Of a stretch of 64,000 bases of DNA, positions 9,406-18,379 are shown piece by piece. The notes beneath the pieces are model-generated. The model saw only the letters and a list, made by a program, of their open reading frames with translations, was not told where the DNA came from and ran no database searches. This DNA is from an uncultured Gammaproteobacteria bacterium. Lineage in GTDB: Bacteria; Patescibacteriota; Microgenomatia; UBA8517. The position numbers and the translations under genes are program-made. Each line of letters opens with the position of its first letter. The stretch's first letter is position 1. Location of the stretch: positions 577,488 to 641,487 of the forward strand of contig OZ246419.1 of NCBI GenBank assembly GCA_965231135.1, given 5' to 3'.

Positions 9406-10059
9406 ATGTTTTTATTTCTTGTTAGACATGCAGAAGCTGACGGTGTAAAGGATCGTTGGCAAGCTCCAAATTCAAAGTTAAGTAAATTAGGTGAACAACA
9501 GGCAGGAGCTTTGGCTAATCAGCTTAAGTCATTCAAGATAGATCAAATATTCTCTAGTGATTTAGAAAGATCTACTCAAACAGCAGATATTATTTCCAAA
9601 AAAATCGGAGTAGAAACTAGCATCTTAGATTATATTTGTGAAAGACAGCAGTTAGATGAAATGTATGGAGCACAAAGAGAAAGTAATATATCAAAAAAAT
9701 ATATTGAAGAATCTCGCCATAATTTCAATAATCTTGATTGGAAATTTGAAGATAAGGAAGAATCTGTACGTGAGGTTATAAATCGCACTATGGAATTAAC
9801 CTCATTTTTAACGAAAAACTTCCAAGGTAAAAGAGTAGCAATTGTTTCGCATGATTTATTTATTAGATGTTTAATCAGTAGAATTTTGTTAGGTAAGGAT
9901 TATTCTGACACACAAATGGCTAGGAGCATTAACACATTAACCATAGACAATACTGGTTTGTCGTTATTAATCCATAGTAGTCAGTTCCAAATGTGGAAAA
10001 TTAATTACATCAATAATTATTCGCACTTTAAAGACATAAGAATAAATAACCGTCAATAA
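9406..10059 (+). CDS. histidine phosphatase family protein (PGAM-like)
   Basis: The N-terminal catalytic motif is 'LVRHAEA' of the RHG family. It is the last gene of the cluster operon. Confidence 0.65.
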   Translation: MFLFLVRHAEADGVKDRWQAPNSKLSKLGEQQAGALANQLKSFKIDQIFSSDLERSTQTADIISKKIGVETSILDYICERQQLDEMYGAQRESNISKKYIEESRHNFNNLDWKFEDKEESVREVINRTMELTSFLTKNFQGKRVAIVSHDLFIRCLISRILLGKDYSDTQMARSINTLTIDNTGLSLLIHSSQFQMWKINYINNYSHFKDIRINNRQ

Positions 10060-10997
10060 TTTTTCCAAACTTCTTCATTATCAACATATTTTAAAACTTT
10101 GCCGTGTGTCTCCTTTGCTGTTGATAAATAAGGACTACTGTTCCTGTAAAAATAAGTTAAAGCTCTTGAAGATATGAAAAGCAAATAGAAGGCGAGGTTC
10201 GACCTTTCAGATTCAGATAATCTTTCTCCTGAGAGGTACCCGTTTAAGAAAGTTGAAAAGTCATCTTTTGGTCTATCAGTTCGAATCTGGTGAAATAAAT
10301 AGTATCCAATATCATTTAACCATGTTTCCTCTGTCCACTCTCCAAAATCTATTAATACTGGAATATTTTCCTCGGTAACAATAACCTGGCCATCATGTAA
10401 ATCATTGTGGTTAAAAGTTGGCTGTGTTTCGTTGCAAAACTGCTCCATTAAATCTCTAAAGCTTTTAATTAGTGCATAAGATTTACTGTCAATATTAATT
10501 TCTTCAAGACCAACTCGTGACCAATTAAAAATATATTTATCATAGTAAGCAAATGAATTTCTACCTGTTGCTTTCCAACTATCACCAGTAACCTGCGCTG
10601 TATTATGCATTATTCTGATTTGATTGCCTAATTTATCCTTAATCCCTGGATTTGGATTAAAATACAAACTTTTTCCATGAATACGTGTTGATACCAGTGC
10701 TAGATGATCTTGATTGTAATTAACAAGTGCAATAGGTGAAGGTGTTGCAATACCTGTAGAATGTGCCGTATTTAAACCTCTCCACTCATGTTCAGCTTGA
10801 TTCTTACGTGCAGTCTTTTTAATTACAACATCCATACCAGATTGTGTTCTAGCATAGATAATTTCACCGCCAGTAAACGGTATTTTATTTTTTTCAGTAA
10901 TTTCAAGATCAATTGAACTTGCATATTTTTCAAGTGAGCTTTGGACAGTTGCAAAATGTTCTGTAGACATACAAATGATTATATCAATGCATATCAA
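10053..10997 (-). CDS. aminoglycoside phosphotransferase / protein-kinase-like fold phosphotransferase
   Basis: The catalytic loop 'HNDLHDGQVIV' (HxDxxxxN) and a DFG-like 'LIDFGEW' are present. Confidence 0.6.
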   Translation of the reverse strand: MICIDIIICMSTEHFATVQSSLEKYASSIDLEITEKNKIPFTGGEIIYARTQSGMDVVIKKTARKNQAEHEWRGLNTAHSTGIATPSPIALVNYNQDHLALVSTRIHGKSLYFNPNPGIKDKLGNQIRIMHNTAQVTGDSWKATGRNSFAYYDKYIFNWSRVGLEEINIDSKSYALIKSFRDLMEQFCNETQPTFNHNDLHDGQVIVTEENIPVLIDFGEWTEETWLNDIGYYLFHQIRTDRPKDDFSTFLNGYLSGERLSESERSNLAFYLLFISSRALTYFYRNSSPYLSTAKETHGKVLKYVDNEEVWKNY

Positions 10998-11086
10998 ATA
11001 AGAGGATTTATTTATAATTTTGAAAAATATATTTTTAATAATATAATGTTTTTGGGAATTGCTCTAAATTTAGAGGTCCACTTTAA

Positions 11087-11136
11087 CGCTTTCTTGACGT
11101 GAAAGAGGTCGGGGGTTCGAGCCCCTCATCGCCCAC
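11087..11136 (+). repeat. attR: 50-bp direct repeat (partial tRNA-Val 3' end)
   Basis: It is identical to 3902..3951. No 5' half of a tRNA is present here. Confidence 0.85.
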
Positions 11137-11149
11137 AAATAGCTTTAAA

Positions 11150-11455
11150 ATGGCAAATAAACTAAAATCTCCTTTTCCGAAATATGTCTACGAAAGGAAC
11201 TCGGAAATTTATAAATTAATGGCGAACCCCAAAAGACTTGAAATTTTAAATATTATAAAAAACACCGAAGCTAGCGTTGATCAGCTTTCTGAAATAATTG
11301 GTATACGAAAAGCAAATACTTCTCAACATCTTTCTATCTTAAGACATTTGAGAATAGTAAACGTCAGGAAGGAAGGAAAAAATTCTTATTACAAGCTAGT
11401 AAACCCAGAACTTATCGCTCCGTGTGCCATATTGATGAAACTCTGGAATAAATAG
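11150..11455 (+). CDS. ArsR/SmtB-family transcriptional regulator
   Basis: The wHTH region is 'LEILNIIKNTEASVDQLSEIIGIRKANTSQHLSILRHLRIV'. The track ORF begins at 11099 inside the att repeat. The ATG at 11150 is the more likely start. Confidence 0.6.
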   Translation: MANKLKSPFPKYVYERNSEIYKLMANPKRLEILNIIKNTEASVDQLSEIIGIRKANTSQHLSILRHLRIVNVRKEGKNSYYKLVNPELIAPCAILMKLWNK

Positions 11456-11516
11456 CCTCTTGATTTTTTTAGAAGGAAATGTTGATAATGAATTATGGTT
11501 TCTTATGTTCGAAACT

Positions 11517-13679
11517 ATGAAATATAAACTGGTAGGGATCTTTATATTAGTATTGTTATTTTTTATTATTGGCGTTAAGAGTAGCTTTGCGGCAACTTAT
11601 TATGTTTCTCCAAGTGGAAACGATTCGTACGGCGGATCCTTGGCAAGTCCGTGGAAAACATTAACCCATGCTGCAAACATTGCAGTTTCTGGAGATATTG
11701 TTTATATAAGGACGGGGACTTATCATGAGGTATTAGCGCCGATAGTAAGCGGAGCCCAATCTTCACCTATTACTTTTAAAGCATATCAAGGTGAGACACC
11801 AATTATTAGCGGTGTAAATTCCGGAGGCAGTCCGCCAAACGTAACCGGGCTTGCAACAGGGATTAATCTTGCAAACAAAAGCTATATTGTTGTTGATGGA
11901 TTAATTGTACGAGATGTTTATGACCATTGGGCAGATTTAACTAATGCAAACAATAATACACTTCAGAACATGACATTTACTTTTTCAACTCAATACGGAA
12001 CGGGGAATTGGCAGGGAATATTAATGGACGGATCAAGCTTTAATAAGATCTTAAATTCAACAATCGAGAAATGGGGCTGTCCACAAGATGTTTATAACTG
12101 CGGAGGTGATGCTATAAATATGAAAGGTGGAGCCTATAATAATTTAATACAGGGAAATACTTTTGGCAGTGCGATGCATGCAGAAGTACAAATTCAATCC
12201 GGGCATGATAATATAATTCGTCAAAATACTTTTACAAACGATATTGAAAAAGATTTGGAGATTACCGATAGAGTACAAAACACAACTTACCATAATTTAA
12301 TAGAATTAAACACTTTTAGACAAGCTGGCTGGAACAACGAAAATCACGGAGGAATGCATATTCAAATGGCGTCTTCGCGAAATATTATACGAAATAACAT
12401 ATTTACAGATTCAAGCGGAGAAGCGATGAATTGTGAAGTTTGGAGCGATTCAGGAGATATTGTTTATGATTGCGCCAACAACCGGGTTTATAACAATACT
12501 ATTGTCCATACAATGATTGATCCGGGAGGGTATCCAAATGGAGCAGGCGGTTCAAACCAAAACTGGATACCTGGGGGGCTCTATATTGATAATTTTGGCT
12601 ATGGTATGTATCCGATTACGGGGAATGTTTTTAAAAATAATATTTTTTATGATAACCAACCTAACACAGGTATTGATCCTGGGGATGATCAAATTTGGAT
12701 CTTGGATTCCAAGATCTCTCTTGATTCTAATCTTTTTCAAGGGAATATATTCTTTCATCAGAATGCATCTGACCATACTATACATGTCCAAGGGGTTATT
12801 AGCGGAACTGCAATAGAAGCAAATAATAATTTGTCCGGTAATTTTTCAGGAAATTTAGCAACAGCTCCGACTTTTATCACTTATGCTCCTGCTACAATTC
12901 CAGAAACTTATGATTTGCATTTGAGATCAGGGAGCGCTGGCATAGATCAAGGAGCCAACTTAACACAGACTACGGCCTCAGGGAACGGAACTGCAATTTC
13001 TGTTGCAGATGCAAGTTATTTTCAAGATGGATATCTGGGTATGATAACAGCAGACAGTATTCGTGTGGGCAACTCTGCTGCTATTATTTCTTCAGTTGAT
13101 TTAGTTAATAATATTATTAACGTTGATAGATCGCTCAGTTGGCAAAGCGGAGATGCTGTTAACTTGTTATATGCAGGAAGTGCTCCTGATATTGGAGTAT
13201 ACGAATATGGGACGATCACTATTTATCCTGCAGATCAACCAAGTGGCAATGATAATCCTACGCAAAATAATAGTTCAACTTCCTCAATTACTAGTAGTGC
13301 TAATAGTAATTATTGCAGCGACACAAAGCCTGCAAAAAAGGTGGATCTTTTTGAAATAGATCGAGCTGGATCAACAGCTATTTTATATTTTACTCCAAGC
13401 GACAAGAACACAAGGCGATATAATGTAATATTTGGTTTTAAGGAAAATGACGAACGATTCGGAGGAATTGGTATTTATTCACAAAATAATAACGAAGGTG
13501 TACAAAATATAAAAATAGACCATTTAGACCGTAATACATCTTATTCGTTTAAAATTATACCAATAAACGGCTGCGCATTTGGGGAATGGTCAAACTGGCT
13601 TACCACAAAAGGTTCTCAAAACAGTTCAGGAATTTTATGGAAAACATATAAATATTTGAGGAAAATTTTGAAAACTTAG
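11517..13679 (+). CDS. secreted right-handed beta-helix (pectate-lyase fold) protein with a C-terminal Fn3-like region
   Basis: A signal peptide 'MKYKLVGIFILVLLFFIIGVKSSFA' is followed by 'TYYVSPSGNDSYGGSLASPWKTL'. Repeated 'N-x-I/F' beta-helix rungs follow. Confidence 0.55.
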   Translation: MKYKLVGIFILVLLFFIIGVKSSFAATYYVSPSGNDSYGGSLASPWKTLTHAANIAVSGDIVYIRTGTYHEVLAPIVSGAQSSPITFKAYQGETPIISGVNSGGSPPNVTGLATGINLANKSYIVVDGLIVRDVYDHWADLTNANNNTLQNMTFTFSTQYGTGNWQGILMDGSSFNKILNSTIEKWGCPQDVYNCGGDAINMKGGAYNNLIQGNTFGSAMHAEVQIQSGHDNIIRQNTFTNDIEKDLEITDRVQNTTYHNLIELNTFRQAGWNNENHGGMHIQMASSRNIIRNNIFTDSSGEAMNCEVWSDSGDIVYDCANNRVYNNTIVHTMIDPGGYPNGAGGSNQNWIPGGLYIDNFGYGMYPITGNVFKNNIFYDNQPNTGIDPGDDQIWILDSKISLDSNLFQGNIFFHQNASDHTIHVQGVISGTAIEANNNLSGNFSGNLATAPTFITYAPATIPETYDLHLRSGSAGIDQGANLTQTTASGNGTAISVADASYFQDGYLGMITADSIRVGNSAAIISSVDLVNNIINVDRSLSWQSGDAVNLLYAGSAPDIGVYEYGTITIYPADQPSGNDNPTQNNSSTSSITSSANSNYCSDTKPAKKVDLFEIDRAGSTAILYFTPSDKNTRRYNVIFGFKENDERFGGIGIYSQNNNEGVQNIKIDHLDRNTSYSFKIIPINGCAFGEWSNWLTTKGSQNSSGILWKTYKYLRKILKT

Positions 13680-13718
13680 ATCTTACTTTTTCTTCTGTTT
13701 TAAGGTAAAATTCATCTC

Positions 13719-14696
13719 ATGGATAGAAAGTCCCTTATTATTGGTGTAATTATTGTTATCGCTCTTGCTATTGGTGGAGTTTTTTTAGTGAAATCTAAAA
13801 AGATTAATAACCAAAACGTTTTATCTGCTCAAACTTCTACAACTACCGACCCAAACCAAATGCCAATTCTTGAAATTTTCTCAGGAAATGTTTTCATCAA
13901 ACAAAATGGTGCAAGCGATTTTGTCAGTGCTACAGATCAGGAAAAAGTAAATGTTGGAGATGTTATAAAAACAGATGCAACAGGGAGAGCACAAGTACTT
14001 TATCCAACGCACAGCGTAACTCGTATTGATTTTAATAGTGAAATGACTATTGAAAATTACACTACAACTCCTAGCGTTACAAAAGTAAAGGTTGATCAAG
14101 GAAATATCTGGAGCAGAGTTGCTAAACTTTTTGGAAGTAGTGACTCAAACGATACAGAAAATGATACTTTAGTTGCATCAGTGCGCGGAACTTCTTATGG
14201 ACTTGGAAGCGATACAAACGGAAATACAATTGTTGAAATTATTAAATCTCACGTTTATGTGGAGTGCAATGCTGATGCAAGCAAAAATATTGATCTACAA
14301 ACAAATAATAAATTGATTACAAACTGTCTTAGTAAACTTTCTTCTGTAAAATTGACAAACAGCGATTTAAATAGTGACTGGGTAAAATTTAATGAAGATC
14401 AAGATAAAATTTTGGATCAACGATTTCCAGAAAGTTTTGATGATGAACCAAGCCCAACTCCAACACCTAAGCCAACTTTAAAACCAACAGCTAAGCCTAC
14501 TGCTTCTCCAACTCCTATTACAACACAAGCGCCAACTAGCTCACCAACAAATACTCCGACTCCAACGCCAACACCGACTTACACTCCAAGAAAAACATCT
14601 ACACCGATTCCTACTCCAACACCAACTTACTTTATTGATTACCCAATTTATTATCCTATCTATACTCCCTCGCCAACACCACCGGTGATAAAATAA
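13719..14696 (+). CDS. membrane-anchored FecR-domain protein with a Pro/Thr-rich C-terminal tail
   Basis: An N-terminal TM helix is followed by a FecR-like region and a PTPTPKPT low-complexity C-terminus. Confidence 0.45.
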   Translation: MDRKSLIIGVIIVIALAIGGVFLVKSKKINNQNVLSAQTSTTTDPNQMPILEIFSGNVFIKQNGASDFVSATDQEKVNVGDVIKTDATGRAQVLYPTHSVTRIDFNSEMTIENYTTTPSVTKVKVDQGNIWSRVAKLFGSSDSNDTENDTLVASVRGTSYGLGSDTNGNTIVEIIKSHVYVECNADASKNIDLQTNNKLITNCLSKLSSVKLTNSDLNSDWVKFNEDQDKILDQRFPESFDDEPSPTPTPKPTLKPTAKPTASPTPITTQAPTSSPTNTPTPTPTPTYTPRKTSTPIPTPTPTYFIDYPIYYPIYTPSPTPPVIK

Positions 14697-14699
14697 GTT

Positions 14700-16556
14700 A
14701 TGAAAAATTTTAGAGGATTAATAATTGGTTTAGTTATTTTTATTTTATTATCTTTCCTTTTCGTTTTTGGTTTTTTTGGTACCTGGCAAAATAAATTAAG
14801 CGATACTTTATTTACACAAAAATCTGCACCAAACAATATTGTAATTGTTGCAATTGATGATGCGTCAATTAATCAAATTGGGAGATTTCCATGGGACAGA
14901 AGCGTTTATGCAAATTTACTTAATAAATTAAATAAAGACGCAGTAAAACCTCAAGTAATTGGAATTGACATAACTTTTTCAGAAACTTCAAACCCAAAAT
15001 CTGATGGCGATTTTGCAACTGCTTTGAAAAATTACAGTAATACAAAAATTGTTTTATCAAGCGAAACAAACGGCGTCAATATTTTATCTCCAATCAATGA
15101 ATTAAAAAATGTAAGTGCGACAGGCTATGCAAATACAATTGCTGACTCCGACGGCGTTGTCAGAAAAATTCCAGAAAGCGAAATTGATGGGATAAAAAGT
15201 TTTGCAACAGAAATTTCAGGTAAAAGTGAAAATGGAAATATTAATTTTATAGGAAACAATAATAGTTTCACAACTTATTCTTTTAATGATATTTTGGATG
15301 GAAAAATTAGCGATAAAAACTTAAACAACAAGATAGTTTTGATTGGTTCTACTGCAGTTGATCTTCATGACGACCAAATTGTCCCAACATCTCCAGCTAT
15401 GAACGGGGTCGAAATTCAGGCAAATATTATAAATACAATTCTAACAAATGGCGCTAAGAATAATGAATCAAAATTAATAACTTTATTTACATTACTAATT
15501 ATTTGCCTTGTTGCATCAATTATTTTTATTAATTTATCTCCAGTTGTTGTTTTTATATCAGGAATTTTAATGATAGTAATATATGCAGTTTATGTAATAT
15601 TTTCTTTTGATAACGGGACGATTCGTAATATTGTTTTTCCAATTTTTGCAATAATTATTTCATGTATTGCTGATACGATTTATAAATATTTAACAGAAAG
15701 CCGTCAGCGAAAATTTCTTAAACAAACTTTTGGATTTTATTTATCAAAATCAGTTTTGGAACATCTTATTCAAAATCCACATAAAATAAAACTTGGAGGA
15801 GAAAGCAAGGAACTTACAGTTTTATTTTCTGATATTGCTTCATTTACTAGTATTAGTGAAAAATTAACGCCAACTGATTTGGCAAAATTATTAAATAGCT
15901 ATTTAACCAAAATGACAAATGTGATTTTTGAAAACAGGGGAGTCTTGGATAAATATATCGGGGATGCCATTATGGCGTTTTGGGGAGCTCCAGAAATTGA
16001 GAAAGACCATGCATATTTGGCCTGTGTTACGGCACTTGCAATGCAGGAAGAAATAAAGAAAAATTTTGATTTTAGTGCTCGAGTCGGAATCAATACCGGA
16101 GAAATGGTTGTGGGGAATATGGGAAGCGAGCAAAGATTTGATTATTCGCTTTTGGGAGATAATGTAAATTTAGGAAGTAGACTTGAAGGAATAAATAAAT
16201 ATTATGGAACTAAAATTTGTATTAGTGAGAATACTTACAAAAAAGTTGAGGGAAGAGTAGTAGCAAGAAAACTCGATGATGTTGCAGTAAAAGGAAAGTC
16301 AAAAGGAGTAAGTATTTACGAACTACGGGCACTTGGAGAACCAAAGGAAAAAGAGAAAATATTCTTAGAAGAATTTGAAGAAGCAAGAAAAATTTATGAA
16401 AAAGGTGACTTTAAAAAAGCGTTGACTGCATTTAAGGTTTTGGTTAAAAAATATTCAGAAGACGGGCCAATTTTAATGTATATAGAACGAATTAAAGAAT
16501 TGATTGCAAATCCCCCAAGCGAATGGGATGGAGTATATCATGCAACCGCAAAGTGA
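14700..16556 (+). CDS. CHASE2 sensor domain-containing class III adenylate/guanylate cyclase
   Basis: The extracytoplasmic CHASE2-like N-half is followed by TM helices. The cyclase core contains 'LTVLFSDIASFTS', 'VGINTGEMVVGNMGS' and 'YSLLGDNVNLGSRLE'. Confidence 0.8.
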   Translation: MKNFRGLIIGLVIFILLSFLFVFGFFGTWQNKLSDTLFTQKSAPNNIVIVAIDDASINQIGRFPWDRSVYANLLNKLNKDAVKPQVIGIDITFSETSNPKSDGDFATALKNYSNTKIVLSSETNGVNILSPINELKNVSATGYANTIADSDGVVRKIPESEIDGIKSFATEISGKSENGNINFIGNNNSFTTYSFNDILDGKISDKNLNNKIVLIGSTAVDLHDDQIVPTSPAMNGVEIQANIINTILTNGAKNNESKLITLFTLLIICLVASIIFINLSPVVVFISGILMIVIYAVYVIFSFDNGTIRNIVFPIFAIIISCIADTIYKYLTESRQRKFLKQTFGFYLSKSVLEHLIQNPHKIKLGGESKELTVLFSDIASFTSISEKLTPTDLAKLLNSYLTKMTNVIFENRGVLDKYIGDAIMAFWGAPEIEKDHAYLACVTALAMQEEIKKNFDFSARVGINTGEMVVGNMGSEQRFDYSLLGDNVNLGSRLEGINKYYGTKICISENTYKKVEGRVVARKLDDVAVKGKSKGVSIYELRALGEPKEKEKIFLEEFEEARKIYEKGDFKKALTAFKVLVKKYSEDGPILMYIERIKELIANPPSEWDGVYHATAK

Positions 16557-16595
16557 TTTAAGAATATTTTCAGATTCATTATTTAAAATTTTCTC

Positions 16596-17132
16596 GTGAA
16601 TAGAAATATTATTTATATAATAATTATTTTATTAGTTTTATTTGGTGGGTATTTATTTTTTAAAAACCAAAATGATTCTTCATACAACGTAATTCATACT
16701 AATCAAAAACATACCCCTTTACCAAGTTTTCCGGCAGAAACAAATATCGTTTCAACTCCAGAACCAATTAATATTACGACAAATAGTGAAAATAAAATTC
16801 AAGATAATTCAAATTCAATCAGTTGTAATTATGTAACTCCGGCAGGTCCTGATATGCAGGGTACTGCAAAAATAAATTATAGCTGGGTTAATTCTAAAAC
16901 CAGTTTATGCGATAGTGTAAACGGCGGAAGTAATAATTTACTTATTAATAATCAAAATTTAAACGGAAGCGATATTTATAATGCAAACTGGATTTCGTTA
17001 AATACTTCTTATCAGTTTAATTTATTTAATGATTTAAATTGTAACGGGCAAATTATTGAAAGCTGCAATATTAATCAACCGTCTCCAACAACTGCTCCCA
17101 ATACCGGCGGACAAAAAAGTTTTGGAAGATGA
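16596..17132 (+). CDS. hypothetical secreted/membrane-anchored protein
   Basis: An N-terminal TM helix is followed by an N/S-rich region. Confidence 0.3.
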   Translation: MNRNIIYIIIILLVLFGGYLFFKNQNDSSYNVIHTNQKHTPLPSFPAETNIVSTPEPINITTNSENKIQDNSNSISCNYVTPAGPDMQGTAKINYSWVNSKTSLCDSVNGGSNNLLINNQNLNGSDIYNANWISLNTSYQFNLFNDLNCNGQIIESCNINQPSPTTAPNTGGQKSFGR

Positions 17133-17657
17133 TTAATTTAAATTGTCTATATGGGAAAAAATGTCTTCTTCGTAACCTGGTAAACACCAATTTGAATCTT
17201 TTTCCTGTAAATATTTTTTGACTTTATTGATATTTATAAATTTTACTTCATCAACTTCGTCTTCCTCACTTTTAAGATCATCAATATTTCCGTCCCATTT
17301 AAAAGTGAAAATACCGCGATATTCTTTAAATTTGTCCGCTTTATAAATTTTTACAAGATCCAGATCTTTTGGCAAAACTGAAAGACCTGTTTCTTCTGAC
17401 AATTCTCTTGCAGCTCCAATAAAATAATTTTCATCTTCATGGCCGACGTGGCCGCCAGCATAGGATTCCCACATTCCTGGGGAGATGTCTTTTTTCATAG
17501 AGCGTTTTTGGCAAAGGATTTGATTTTTATTATTTAAAATCCAGACATGAACAGTACGACGCCAAAGCCCGTCTTTAAAAACTTTTTTCCTTGGTTGTGG
17601 TTTTTGAGGAGTATCAAACTCATCAACAACATACAATAATTCTTGATTATTTATCAT
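17133..17657 (-). CDS. NUDIX hydrolase (IPP-isomerase-like)
   Basis: The Nudix box is 'GGHVGHEDENYFIGAARELSEETGL'. Confidence 0.75.
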   Translation of the reverse strand: MINNQELLYVVDEFDTPQKPQPRKKVFKDGLWRRTVHVWILNNKNQILCQKRSMKKDISPGMWESYAGGHVGHEDENYFIGAARELSEETGLSVLPKDLDLVKIYKADKFKEYRGIFTFKWDGNIDDLKSEEDEVDEVKFININKVKKYLQEKDSNWCLPGYEEDIFSHIDNLN

Positions 17658-17785
17658 AAATTCTTAAATATAACTTGTAGTTAATTATTTCCGGTTCTAA
17701 ATGTAGTATCCGGTTGGTTTCATGCCAGAAACCTTTAATTTATTTAACTAAAACAGTATAGCTCATGATACAATAGCTTGTCAAT

Positions 17786-17807
17786 GGGCCTGTCGTTCAA
17801 TGGTAAG
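17786..17807 (+). repeat. 22-nt duplicate of the tRNA-Ala 5' end (partial tRNA remnant)
   Basis: 'gggcctgtcgttcaatggta' is identical to 17838..17859. No T-arm follows. Confidence 0.5.
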
Positions 17808-17837
17808 CAAAGCTTGCGCATTGCCAACAGTCCTTTA

Positions 17838-17908
17838 GGGCCTGTCGTTCAATGGTAGGACACCTGGCTGGCAGTCAGGGAACTGGGGTTCGATTCCCCA
17901 TGGGTCCA
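17838..17908 (+). tRNA. tRNA-Ala (anticodon GGC)
   Basis: The 71-nt sequence folds as a cloverleaf: acceptor with a G3:U70 pair, anticodon loop CTGGCAG, T-arm TGGGG-TTCGATT-CCCCA, and discriminator A. Confidence 0.7.
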
Positions 17909-17945
17909 CACTTGTAATATAAAATATTTTTTATATAATTCATTT

Positions 17946-18221
17946 ATGTCTTGTGAAACAAAACTATTTACAAATGCACTTGAGTTTGAACAATTTAAGA
18001 GTTCGCGGAATTTAAACAATGAAAATTTTATTGCTGAAGTAAAAGAAGCAAGAGAAAGACATCAGAAATTACTAGCGCTTGGTTTTGAAAGCAGAAAAGC
18101 AAACAGAAACTTAACCAATGCAATGTCTTATAGAGAATCTTATGATTTACAATTTAGGAATCAAAGAAAAATTTGGTCAATTGATTTTGAACAACAAAAA
18201 GGATTAAGAAATCTCGCATAA
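17946..18221 (+). CDS. hypothetical protein
   Basis: The ORF is 91 aa. Confidence 0.3.
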   Translation: MSCETKLFTNALEFEQFKSSRNLNNENFIAEVKEARERHQKLLALGFESRKANRNLTNAMSYRESYDLQFRNQRKIWSIDFEQQKGLRNLA

Positions 18222-18224
18222 CTG

Positions 18225-18253
18225 TTGACAATTACTCATAAGAGTTGGATAAT
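18225..18253 (+). promoter_or_regulatory. sigma70-like promoter upstream of thrS
   Basis: TTGACA (18225-18230), a 17-nt spacer, then GATAAT (18248-18253). Confidence 0.5.
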
Positions 18254-18259
18254 AAATTA

Positions 18260-18379
18260 TCTTAGAGCAGCGATTTGGACTCACCAACCAATGAGTTTTA
18301 GGATAGCAAAAGAGCAGCAAGTGAAGTGGAACCACGATATCTTCTTTAGATTCGTCTTCATAAAATATATAATATTTGT
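18260..18379 (+). promoter_or_regulatory. putative T-box leader (Thr specifier) for thrS
   Basis: A hairpin actca-CCAACCAA-tgagt exposes an ACC codon at 18279-18296. A T-box-like 'AAGTGAAGTGGAACCACG' lies at 18319-18336, against the consensus AAnnnGGGUGGnACCGCG. Confidence 0.4.

Larger units (their letters stand above)
3902..11136 (+). mobile_element. integrated genomic island (tRNA-Val-targeting integrative element, about 7.2 kb) carrying a TOMM/LAP RiPP cluster
   Basis: A tyrosine integrase lies directly downstream of tRNA-Val. The element is bounded by 50-bp direct repeats consisting of the tRNA 3' end. Confidence 0.75.

Noticed and set aside
11099-11149. The N-terminal 17 codons of the track ORF for the ArsR regulator
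   Set aside because: They translate the attR/tRNA-derived repeat ('GSSPSSP' comes from the tRNA T-arm). The start is more likely the ATG at 11150.
12517-13359. Small ORFs on both strands inside the beta-helix protein gene
   Set aside because: They are nested within a long, well-supported ORF.
17786-17837. The possibility that the partial tRNA-Ala copy is a second tRNA or an intron-containing tRNA
   Set aside because: There is no T-arm (GTTCRANYC) and no acceptor 3' strand. The downstream tRNA is complete on its own.
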